Below are positions 1-11,108 of a stretch of DNA of 64,000 bases, piece by piece. The stretch's first letter is position 1. The number at the start of each line of letters is the position of its first letter. The translations under genes and the position numbers were made by a program. A model generated the notes under the pieces. That model was given only the letters and a program-made list of their open reading frames with translations, was not told the DNA's origin and did no database searches. Origin of the DNA: Octopus sinensis (taxonomy: Eukaryota); assembly GCF_006345805.1 (NCBI RefSeq), contig NC_043015.1, positions 1,364,001-1,428,000 of the forward strand, in the 5' to 3' direction.

Positions 1-275
1 CTTATAGATAAGGGCAAAAGAAAAAAATTCCAATGCCAAATATGCCGAAAATAGACTTAAATGGTCAATAACCACATATAATTCATCACTATAAGCACGC
101 GTCTCGAAGCAAGCCGACAGAAATTTCTTTAAAAAATCTCGTTATTACCGAATCGGTCCCGATTTCTGAGTTAATTTTCTCGTTGTCAGTGGTAAATACG
201 ATAACAAATTAAATGAGATACTTACTTGCACCCATGGAAGTGATGAATTATATGTGGTTATTGACGATTTAAGTC

Positions 276-278
<3 letters not shown>
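1..278. mobile_element. Foldback element (family shared with 25251-25537), truncated by the window start
   Basis: 40-bp inverted repeat 51-90 / 239-278 with 1 mismatch; left arm homologous to 25330-25415; abuts a (TA)n tract. Confidence 0.7.
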
Positions 279-320
<42 letters not shown>

Positions 321-999
321 GTTGCTAATGTGTTAAACTTTTGTATGCCCAAATTCGGTCAAATGCGTCTTTTTTAATATTTACTTTTGATTCCATTAAC
401 CCGTTGTTGTTTTTTCAAACTATCATATCTCCAGCTACTTCAAAGCCAAGAGTAATAAAGAACATTTGACAAAGTGTAGTACGATGGTTTTTAGTAGTAC
501 AATGTTTTAATGTTTTTTTTTTCAAATTATTTTCCCGTGAATATCATTAGAAAACATTTTGCTTTGATTATTTACAAAATATTCTAAAGTAACTTTATAA
601 ATACACTAAATATTTTGAAAAACCTGTTTGTAATCTCAGTGGGAATGAGTTTTCCTCCGTAGGTTTTTATTTCGAATGCACTCAACGTATCTCACCTCCA
701 AAGAGTTGGTTGCTATTTCTAGCACATGCTGCTACGAAGTAACAACCATTTGCGATTAAGGACGCGAAAGACCAGTTACCTGATACCAGGGTGTGCAAAA
801 AATAGCAGCCAGATCTTTACTTTTCTGGGGAAAGGAGCCGTTTACACGTAATATCGATGGCACATTTATTGAATGTATGAGAAATAACCTGGAAAAAAGC
901 ACGAACTAATCCATTGCTAGCAAACTCGGATTTTGTCGGTGACACAACGGGTCACGGGCAGTCTAGTCTAATATATGTGTGTGCGTGTGTATGTGTGAT

Positions 1000-1008
1000 G
1001 GATGGATG

Positions 1009-1074
<66 letters not shown>

Positions 1075-1075
1075 C

Positions 1076-1106
<31 letters not shown>

Positions 1107-1139
1107 TAGATAGATAAATACATAGTTAGATATACAGAG

Positions 1140-1236
<97 letters not shown>

Positions 1237-1255
1237 GATAGATAGATAGATAGAA
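1000..1255. repeat. (ATAG)n/(ACAG)n microsatellite
   Basis: Direct reading; source of the 963..1472 LSIY ORF. Confidence 0.95.
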
Positions 1256-1854
1256 ATCTCACTGTGGCATGAATATGGACAATTATGCAAAAATAGTATG
1301 CGCTTCGTGTCTGAAGATAGAATTCATGAGTTATTGATCTTAACTTACTATTCAGATGGAGGTAAATAAATACTTCGTGGAGTTTGAGACAAAATGCAAA
1401 TGGCCGACTAACGGAGAAGTCAAGATTTCCCCGAAATTGATGAAAAGAGAGCTGCAATGACAGTAGACTCAAAGATAGCCATGGACATGATTTTTCATCT
1501 CTTTCTAGCAGTAAATCTTCCTCTTTTCAGGCATACATAAACAAGCACAAAAGCGCGCGCGCACACACACACACATACACACATTTGGACAAATATATAC
1601 AAACAAATGTTTATATGTGAACAAACATACACGCACACATGTATGTATACGCACACACACACGGTATAGGACAGTGCAGAGCTACAAAAGGCTTTTGCCC
1701 AAGTAGACCGAGAGTGGGGCTGGAAACGAAAACCATACAACATTTAAAAACAATATCCTCTCAACTGGTGTAAGCGACATAAACTTCATCTCTTAAATGC
1801 AACGGAACATTACGATTTAGCCATTTCGTTATGCTACAATTTCAAAATCTAAAC

Positions 1855-2256
1855 ATATTCTTTTCTACTCTAGGAACAAGGCCCGAAATTATGGAGGGAG
1901 GCGGGGCCACTCGATTACATCGACCCCAGTACGCAAATGGTACTTAATTTATCGACCACAAAAGGATGAAAAGTACAGTCGACCATGGCGGAATTAGAAC
2001 TCAGAATGTAAAAACAGACGAAATACCTGTTTCTTTACTACCCACAAGGGGCTAAACACAGAGAGAACAAACATGGACAGTCAGACGGGTTAAGTCGATT
2101 ATATCGACCCCAGTGCGTAACTGGTACTTATTTAATCGACCCCGAAAGGATGATGGGCAAAGGCGACCTTGGCGGAATTTGAACTCAGAACGTAGCGTCA
2201 GATGAAATACCGCTAAGCATTTCGCCCAGTTTGCTAACGTTTCTGCCAGCTCGCCG
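1855..2256 (-). mobile_element. SINE-A dimer (tRNA-headed SINE)
   Basis: Head GGCGAGCTGGCAGAAACGTTAG (A box) and GTTCAAATTCC (B box) on minus; central CCTTTCATCCTTTCGGGGTCGAT; tail 1 followed by a second partial unit ending in tail 2. Confidence 0.85.
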
Positions 2257-2265
2257 ACTTCCACA

Positions 2266-2695
2266 TACTCTTTTACTCTTTACTCTTGTATGTGTTTCAG
2301 TCATTTGACTGTGGCTATGCTGGAGCACCGCCTTTACTCGAGCAAATCGACCCGATGACTTATTCCTCTGAAGTCTAGTACTAATTCTATCGGTTACTTT
2401 TGCCGGACGTTAAGTTACGGGGACGTAAACACACCAGCATCGGTTGTCAAGCGATGTTGGGGGGAGGCAAACACAGACACACAAACATATGCACACGCAT
2501 ACATACACACACACACATATATATATATATACGCCGGGCTTCTTTTACTTTCCCGTCTAACAAATCCACTCACAAGGCTTTGGTCGGCCCGAGGCTATAG
2601 TAGAAACACCTGCCCAAGGTTCCACGCAGTTGGACTGAACCCGGAACCATGTGGTTCGTAAGCAAGCTTCTTACCACATAGCCACTCCTACGCCT
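2266..2695 (-). mobile_element. SINE-B, full length
   Basis: tRNA-like head AGGCGTAGGAGTGGC...GGTTCAGTCC, internal (TA)/(TG) tract, (GAGTAAAA)n tail; at least 12 homologous copies in the window. Confidence 0.9.
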
Positions 2696-2719
2696 ACGCA
2701 TCTAAACATATTTCGATGA

Positions 2720-3140
2720 AGTTAGTACTATCTCTGAGCTTATAGAAGAGAGTGTGATGTCCAGTGAATGTGCGCTCCCATGAAGCTCCCCACTGATTTT
2801 TTATCAATCATATTTAACATATTCTGTAACTAAGTTCACAAATGTTTCGTTGCCATGAAAACAGTAGTCCCAATGTTGTCACTGGTACCTCTAGCAGTTG
2901 TATTCTGCTGTTTATATTTGGTGTCGACGTATATTTGGGAAGATGTTGGAACATGTGGGTTTTTTCCAGAGTGGGTGGGTCTTACTTCATAAAATGTGTT
3001 GTGACTGTGATAATTGTTCTACGAGAGAGAGTCTATTCAAACGCTAGCATCTAGCGCATGTAGGAGGTATTTACTAGCAGAACTATTTCTAGGACAGCGT
3101 GTATTGTCTTGAGCACTGGTATGGGTTTAATACAATTGCT
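2720..3140 (-). mobile_element. Possible decayed Penelope-like GIY-YIG endonuclease region
   Basis: Minus-strand translation with frameshifts: K*DPPTL..SSQIYVDTKYKQQNTTARG, resembling KDP..C..C..YVG.T..L..R..EH; weak. Confidence 0.3.
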
Positions 3141-3904
3141 AGCGTTATTCTTATTACTAATGCTGTTTATACAGTTTTTTATTGTTGTTGTTGTCGTCGT
3201 TGTTGTACTTGTTCCTGTTATTTGTTGTTGACAAATAAAGGTGTATTTTGGGTACATTCTTTAGTGTGCTATATCATTGTTTATAAAAATAAACTTTTTC
3301 CAGTGTTGAGGGATAACATATCCGATCCTAAATAGCTTTCGAAGAATTAGAAATCCTTACTATATAGGGTTCATATGAGAAATAATGCTTCTTGTAAGAT
3401 AAATATTTTTATATAGAGAGTTTTTTTTGTGATTTGTCTTCATAAAATACAACCTGATTACCACAAATAACTACAATGTTTTCAAGCCAATAAAAATAAA
3501 AATAAAAAAGAGTTACTTACAAAAGAATCAAACATAACAAATATTGTACTGCAAGTCACACACAATTATTATATTATATTTTTCTAGCAACAATGGTATT
3601 CATATGAACAGTTCTTACGACAATAAGAACAACAAGACTTGCACATTCTCGGAAACAAAGGCCTGGCCGTATGAAAATATCGATTGAAATTTGAGTGAAA
3701 CTCTAGATTCATCTTTTGTACAGATAACTCTGAAGTGACGAGCTCTTGACATGCAATATGAAGATGAAAGAAAAAAAGGCATGCCAGCGTTATATTACAT
3801 AAACAGGTGATATTTGAATACCCAAAGCTGTCAGAAAGATGCAAGAAGAAAGCTGGTTAATCTAACTGCGCGTTTTTGAATTCACCAAAAGCATCTCGGC
3901 GAAT

Positions 3905-4052
3905 TTAAAGAGGATGCTGAATATCCCCGAGAACTACATTAAGGGTACACATGTCTGTAGAGTGCTCAGGCACTTGCACGTTAATTTCACGAGCAGGCTG
4001 TTCCGTTGATCGGATCAACTGGAACACTCGTCGTCGTAACCGACGGAGAACC
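3905..4052 (+). mobile_element. SINE-C 3' part
   Basis: Matches 32555-32700 (CCCCGAGAACTAC...GTCGTCGTAACCGACGGAG). Confidence 0.85.
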
Positions 4053-4071
4053 ATCAATTCTATTATTAATC

Positions 4072-4290
4072 CAGTACTTTTCAAACTTTTTGCTGGAGCG
4101 GAACCCCAAGGAAACATTCCACTGGCTCGAGGAACCCCTGTGCAATAATTTAATAGTCTTATGCACACATATCTGCACAGGAAAATTAAAAATTACTGCC
4201 GATTTTAGCAGTTTTGTAACTTCTTGCGGAACCCCTGGACTGTACTGGCGGAACCCTAAGGTTCTGCGGAACCCTAGTTGAAAGCCACTG
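4072..4290. mobile_element. hAT (Charlie-like) non-autonomous element
   Basis: Termini CAGTAC..TTTCAAAC / GTTGAAAGCCACTG; exact 8-bp TSD TATTAATC at 4064-4071 and 4291-4298; internal GGAACCC repeats. Confidence 0.9.
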
Positions 4291-4328
4291 TATTAATCCC
4301 ACACTTAGATATTTTAACTATAGTGTTA

Positions 4329-4545
4329 TACTCTTTTCTCTTTACTCTTTTACTTGTTTCAGTCATTTGACTGCGGCCATGCTGGAGCACCGCCTTTAGT
4401 CGAGCAAATCGACCCCAGGACTTATTATTTGTAAGCCCAGTACTTATTCTATCGGTTTCATTTGCCGAACCGCTAAGTGACGGGGACGTAAACACACCAG
4501 CATCGGTTGTCAGGCAATGCTAGGGGGACAAACACAGACACACAA

Positions 4546-4580
<35 letters not shown>

Positions 4581-4744
4581 CGACAGGCTTCTTTCAGTTT
4601 CCGTCTACCAAATCCACTCACAAGACATTGGACGGCCCGGGGCTATAGCAGAAGACACTTGCCCAAGATGCCACGCAGTGGGACTGAACCCGGAACCATG
4701 TGGTTGGTTAGCAAGCTACTTACCACACAGCCACTCCTGCGCCT
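4329..4744 (-). mobile_element. SINE-B, full length
   Basis: Near-consensus copy from head to (GAGTAAAA)n tail. Confidence 0.92.
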
Positions 4745-4837
4745 ATATTTATTTTTATTTTCTAAAAATCACACTTTTTCAATTTACTTTGAAAACTAAT
4801 TTTATACCTCAATTGAAACATTACATCTCTCATTCTA

Positions 4838-4960
4838 TCTGCTCTATTTTTAAGAAATGAGGAATTAGGTACATTATTTACATTATTTACAATATTTACA
4901 TTTGACGGATATTTGCCCTCATCTTGTTTGTTGTTAAAACAACATCTCGGCTGATATAAC
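4838..4960 (-). mobile_element. SINE-D / Penelope-type 3' tail fragment
   Basis: Reverse complement of TATATCAGCCGAGATGTTG...GATGAGGGCAAATATCCGTCAAATGTAAAT; homologous to 9443-9502 and 47443-47530. Confidence 0.8.
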
Positions 4961-5755
4961 TAGTTAATCTAACTGCGTGTTTCTAAATTCACCAAAAGCA
5001 TATTGGCTTAGATACAGTTCTCACTGGTACATGAAATGGGGTTTCTTGTGGGAAGTGTGCAAAGTAGTATGGCCCCATAAATGTTGCTGTTAAATGTGAG
5101 AACTGGGTGAAAACGACTTTGGGGTAAGAATAATGTGGTCACCCTAAAGGTTACCGCTGGCTAATTTTACATCTGGATTGTTGTTCATATTCATAGCAAA
5201 ATATCTAAATTTTATTTAGTAATGTATGGAGCACTTGGTGAAGGTTTCTATGAGCCTAGCGAACATCAAAACAATCTCAGAACTTCACACAGTAGTTCAT
5301 GCGAACAGATAAACGCTGTTACTAGTGTTATTAAGTGCAGAAATCTATGCTGTAAAATATGTAGCAGTAAAGATGATATAAGAACTTCCTGTCAAAGATT
5401 TGCAACGCTAAACTCAAAAGACACCAACAGCGCTAACAGAGTGCAGCGGAGGCTCCTGTTCCTTGAGGATGCTAATTGCATCTCCGGAAGCTTTAAAACA
5501 GGTAGGTTTTCATTCTTAAGGGCAAACATTTTCGACGATAGACCCGCTCCTGAAGCCCAACTCTATCGAAGAGCCCTTGTACATCATCTTTGATAATGAC
5601 AAAATAGTAGAGAGTGTGTTGCGAAGACATACTAATATAGGCAACTGGAAGTGACGAAACAGGAAATGAATCTGAAAACAATGCACACAACGATAAGGAA
5701 ACGAGATGTGTAAAGAGGAGACTTTTGCTATATATGTATGTATATATATATATAT

Positions 5756-6161
5756 ACTCTTTACTCTTTTACTCTTTTACTTGTTTCAGTCATTTGACTG
5801 CGGCCATGCTGGAGCACCACCTTTAGTCGAGAAAATCGACCCAATGACCTATTCTTTGTAAGCTCAGTACTTATTCTATCGGTCTCTTTTGCCGAACCGC
5901 TAAGTGACGGGGACGTAAACACACCAGCATCGGTTGTCAAGCAATGCTATGGGGACAAACACAGACACACAAACACACACATACATATATATATACATAT
6001 ATACGACAGGCTTCTTTCAGTTTCCGTCTACCATATACACTCACAAGGCATTGGTCGGCCCGAGGCTATAGCAGAAGACACTTGCCCAAGATGCCACGCA
6101 GTGGGACTGAACCCGGAACCATGTGGTTAGTTAGCAAGCTACTTACCACACAGACACTCCT
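5756..6161 (-). mobile_element. SINE-B inserted in the helicase remnant
   Basis: Near-consensus copy next to a (TA)n tract. Confidence 0.92.
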
Positions 6162-6380
6162 ATATATATATGTATATGCTAGAAATATGATACCAAATTC
6201 AGAAAGACGAAATGCTTTGTAATATTTGGGAAGGTGTGCTTTTGAGCATCGTCATGCGGCATGTGGAGTTTAGAGAACACTCCGATGTACTAACGTCTAA
6301 TTTTGGGCTGGTTTGTGAAAAGTAGAAGTTGTTTGTTATTCTCCCTGAATGTTCGATCACGTAGATTTTCATACGTTATT

Positions 6381-6757
6381 AGCGCAGGAGTGGCTGAGTG
6401 GTAAGTAGCTTGCTTATCAACCACATGTTTCCGGGTTCAGTCCCACTGCGTGGCAACTTGGGCAAGTGTTTTCTACGATAGCCACGGGCTGACCAAAGCC
6501 TTGTGAGTGGATTTGGTAGACGGAAACTGAAAGAAGCCCGCCGTATATATGTATATGTACGTATATATATATGTGTGTGTTTGTGTGTCTGTGTTTGTCC
6601 CACCAATATCGCTTGACAACCGATGCTGGTGTGTTTAGGTCCCCGATAAAATAAGTACTAGGCTTACAAAGTCCTGGGGTCGATTTGCTCGACTAAAGGC
6701 TATGCGCCAGCATTCCCACAGTCAAATGACTGAAACAAGTAAAGGAGTAAAAGAGTA
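6381..6757 (+). mobile_element. SINE-B with small internal deletion
   Basis: GCGCAGGAGTGGCTGAGTGGTAAG head to GAGTAAAAGAG tail. Confidence 0.9.
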
Positions 6758-8744
6758 TCACTTTGATAATATATCATATTATATCCTTTTTCCCTATGAT
6801 TTGATAGTTATACAGTGCTTTCGTGTATAAACTCCTTATATATTCATTTGTTTTTATATGGCTGGGTATTATCCATCCACATGCGTTTTGCAAGCCACCG
6901 TGTTTCAATATCATTTTCTGAAGTCTGAATTCTAGCTAATAATGAACAAACTCATATTCTCATGAGAATTATTATTCTAATTATTGGCATTGTGGTTTAG
7001 CTTTTATACTGCTTCAGCGACTCTTATTTTTGTTGCTGTTGTTTTAGTTGTTATTTTTGTTGTTTGTTTGCTCTGTTGTTTGCGATAAAATGGATGAATG
7101 TAACATAGCAAGGAAAAAAAAATTTGATTCTTGCAAAAAAATAAAAGACAAAAAACAAAGATAGCTTCAACAACCAGCGAAACTTTATTTGTGAGATATC
7201 AAATATGATTTCTAGATAAATAGATATTGTACTATCCGAAAATATGATACGAATGGATACTCCCTCATAATCCATAAACGGAGTGAACTTTTCACAAAAC
7301 CATCACTAACCCTTGAGCAAGAATACACATGATCATATGAATTTAAATTTCCCAAATGCACATTTAAAATGCAACAATAGGAATAAGAAGAACAAGATGC
7401 ATCAACCTCAAGTTTGTCAATTTGCTTTCAAATGATATCTCTGAAAGACGAAACGCTTGGCAATATTTGCGCGGGCATTGTTTTGAGCACCATCACGCGG
7501 GAAGTGGTGTTCAGTAAAACATTAGAAAAATAGTCGATAAAGTACGTTATAAAAACCACTACAAACTTACCCGAATAAGTCATCATTAAAAAGACAAACA
7601 CTAACATTTGTTTGTATATCATTAAAGGAAGATTTCGTATAACCTTTGAAAGAATAGTTACAAGAATTCTTCGCAGATATCTAGTCGAATGCTTTCTCAA
7701 TCCATATGTTCAGATTGTACAGACGTACATTTTTGTAATCATTATTACGAAATCCTACACGAATCAGCAGATGGAGTTGACCCAACACAAATATAAGCAT
7801 AGGCTGTTGCGATAGTACATTAACTTATAAACAGTAGGGTCAAGAGATACGAACCCTGTGACACATGTTAGTTATTGTAATGTCACTACATTTGCGACAC
7901 CATAGACACGACAAGGAACATCATATGATTGGAAGAATGAGGGTTATATGAAAATGCGAATTCTGATGATCGCTTGTGTAAATGCGTATGAAACTAGATG
8001 AGATTGAAGAGCGTCGGACAACAACGGGTTATTAAACAAACTACAGAACGAACCGGAATCATCCATTAGTTTATAACTAATCGAAGCTATCATTCCGGCT
8101 TCTCCGCAAGTTAACATTGCCTTTCGTGTTTTCAGGATCAGGAAAGATACGTAGCCAATCAAGTACGGGGTGCATTTTTATCCTTTCCATTTTTGTCACC
8201 GGACTCCAAATAAACTAGGATAAAGCTGTTCTCTCCATGACCCAACATAGAATGTTACACCGCGAATGTCAAATAAAGTAACACGTAGGGTAAGGAGAAA
8301 TAATGGCCATATGCTTATAACAAAGGAGACCCCCCATACAAAGAAGTTCAAACGCTGGAATAAAGAATTATTGATTCGTAACATTGGTAAAATGGAAAGA
8401 AAGCAAGAAAACTACGCCTTTTGCCTTTGTAGAGTCGGTAACCACAAGGGTGAGACTTGTGTTCGTCTGGAAAAAATCATTTAAATCGATCCCAGTGCAG
8501 GGCAAGTTCTCATTATCAAGAGCCTCGTGGAAGGTACAGTCAAGTCTAACCGAATGTTTAACGTGGAGGCAATCCCTCGGATACTCACTCATTCAAAATA
8601 AAATAGTAAGGTAAAGTATTTTCGCATGTACACCTATTAACCTGCCCTACTGAATATTAGACGGTTCTATCTATAAAGATCAATAACTAATAAAAACACG
8701 CGCATACAAACATTCACGCATACTTACATACATACATGCATAAT

Positions 8745-8923
<179 letters not shown>

Positions 8924-9087
8924 ACGATTTATTAAATATTCGCGGACTAGTTATGTTCAACAAAAAAATTACTTATTTACCTGTTTTAACAAGATTTTCC
9001 AAATACTCATTGTGTACCGGTTCATGCGTTCCTGCCTGGACCGTTCGGGCCCGGAAGTCGTTTTCTCTAAGTGAATCGAAGACATTT

Positions 9088-9220
9088 ATAAGCGCGGGCT
9101 ACTAAGCCCAAGATTCCGAGTTTGATTCCAGGCTGTGATTTCAATAATAATAAGAAGAAAAAAAAGAAGAAGAAGAAGAAAAAGAAGAAAAAGAAGAATA
9201 ACAAAAACAACAACAGCAAC

Positions 9221-9263
<43 letters not shown>

Positions 9264-9502
9264 TAATAATAATAAAATAATGATAATAATAATAATGATA
9301 ATAATAATAATAATAACAATATTAATAATAATAACAATAATCATCTTAATAATCATCTTAATAATAATAACATCGAAAAATACCTTAGGAATGAGAACCC
9401 ATGATCGAAATTTCCCCTAGACACCTGATGAAGGGTGGAGGGTATATCAGGTGAAATGTTGTGTTAACAAGAAACAAGATGAGGACAAATATCCGTCAAA
9501 TG
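9088..9502 (+). mobile_element. SINE-D: tRNA-like head + (AAT)n + body with degenerate hammerhead-like motif
   Basis: AGCGCGGGCTACTAAGCCC..GAGTTTGATTCC head, (AAT)/(AAG)n 9143-9370, ACAC-CTGATGA-A-GGGTG..CAGGT-GAAATGTT-GTGT at 9421-9464; same architecture as 47186-47530. Confidence 0.8.
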
Positions 9503-9757
9503 TTTTCTTCTAATACATATTTTTACTCAATTTCTTAAGAGTAGTAAGTATTAATTTCATTTAATATTGCTAATTTATTTTCCCCCATTCTTTATTGGTA
9601 TTTCTAATATTAATTTGCACACTTCTACTCCCTCTCCGAGATTTACTATTGATAGTTAAGTACTCCCTCCCCCGCCATCCACGATGTATTACATTACCTT
9701 ACCGTTCTTTAACCAACTGTTACTTATATATGTAGATATATTTATTATTCAAGCTTT

Positions 9758-9798
<41 letters not shown>

Positions 9799-10092
9799 TT
9801 ATCTATAATCATTTTTTCTATATATTTTCTATAAATTTTAAAGTAAATTTTAACTATCCACAGTTACTTTCCCTTGACCTTATTTTTCGCACACAAGCAT
9901 TTTATTCCCTAAATTTAAAAACTATAAAAAATTTTCTTTGATATAAGAGATTTTTTCTTGCTCACTTATACATATAACATATTAACTCCGTTCTTTCATC
10001 CTTTCTTTCTTTAATCTGCTTTACATTACCGTTAACGATACCCCAAACGAATGAAACGCTACTTATTTTGAAAATATATGTCCAAAATATAT

Positions 10093-10319
10093 ATTTCTTT
10101 ATTGCCCACAAGGGGCTAAACATAGAGGGGACGAACAAGGAAAGACAAATGGATTAAGTCGATTACATCGACCCCAGTTCGTAACTGGTACTTAATTTAA
10201 TGACCTCGAAAGGATGAAAGGCAAAGTCGACCTCGGCGGAATTTGAGCTCACAACGTAACGACAGACGGAATACGGCTACGCATTTCGCCCGGCCTGCTA
10301 ACGTTTCTGCCAGCTCGCC
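10093..10319 (-). mobile_element. SINE-A full length (tail 1)
   Basis: Consensus match; a ~22-bp tandem duplication follows the head. Confidence 0.9.
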
Positions 10320-10919
10320 ATGTCTCTTTAAGTTGCCAGCTCGCCATGTCTCTTTAATACAAAATAGATTGAGGAGTGTCACTTATTTCTTACCAAAATA
10401 AATACATATAAAAAATACATTTTTATTTATTTTATTTACTATTGCATATTTATTGACCTCTATTTTAACAAAAGTAATATGTTGTGTATGAATTTAAGTA
10501 GTAGCATATTACCTCCACAATTACATATTTATGCAACTTTTATACATGCGATTTCTGTACAGGTATTTAAATATATTTATTAAGTGTGTGGGTGTAAATA
10601 TATACATAAGTACACATGCATGATCCTATACTTCACATTTTTATTTTTGCAAATATATAAATATTCGAATGTGTTTATATTTATATATGCATTCAAATAT
10701 ATATGAATATATCTATAACTTTATCCATTTCTTATTTATACTTACGAATTTACACACCCTATTACTTAAATATTTATAACTATATTTATCTCAATATTAA
10801 TATGATATATAAATATATAAATGGTCGATTACTGTGTATTACAAACTGTAGCCACATGTAAATCGTTGGCGACTTTTTTCCTACATATTCCCTTTCTCTT
10901 GGACTTTCCTTTGTCTCCT

Positions 10920-10954
10920 GTTTCTGACGACGTGCTTTGTTCGAAACGTAAAAC
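10920..10954 (+). ncRNA. Minimal (Penelope-type) hammerhead ribozyme motif
   Basis: GTTT-CTGACGA-C-GTGC-TTT-GTTC-GAA-ACGT-A-AAAC: stem I GUUU/AAAC, intact core, palindromic ACGU in place of helix III, weak stem II. Confidence 0.55.
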
Positions 10955-11055
10955 CACCTTCCTTTCCTTCCCTGAGCGTCTGCTAACACTTCGCATGCAC
11001 CATGTCCTCACGTTGTTTCTTTCTTCTGTTTGTTCTTTGTTTTTTTGTGGATTTA

Positions 11056-11108
<53 letters not shown>

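Noticed and set aside
1262-1500. Possible ASCC3 N-terminal remnant (SLW..SEDRIHELL..DSKIAMDMIFHLF)
   Set aside because: Spacing does not fit and the similarity is too weak to claim without an alignment
3588-3890. Frame interrupted only by TGA codons, suggesting A-to-I recoding or selenocysteine readthrough
   Set aside because: No SECIS or local dsRNA evidence; a few TGA stops are expected in decayed sequence
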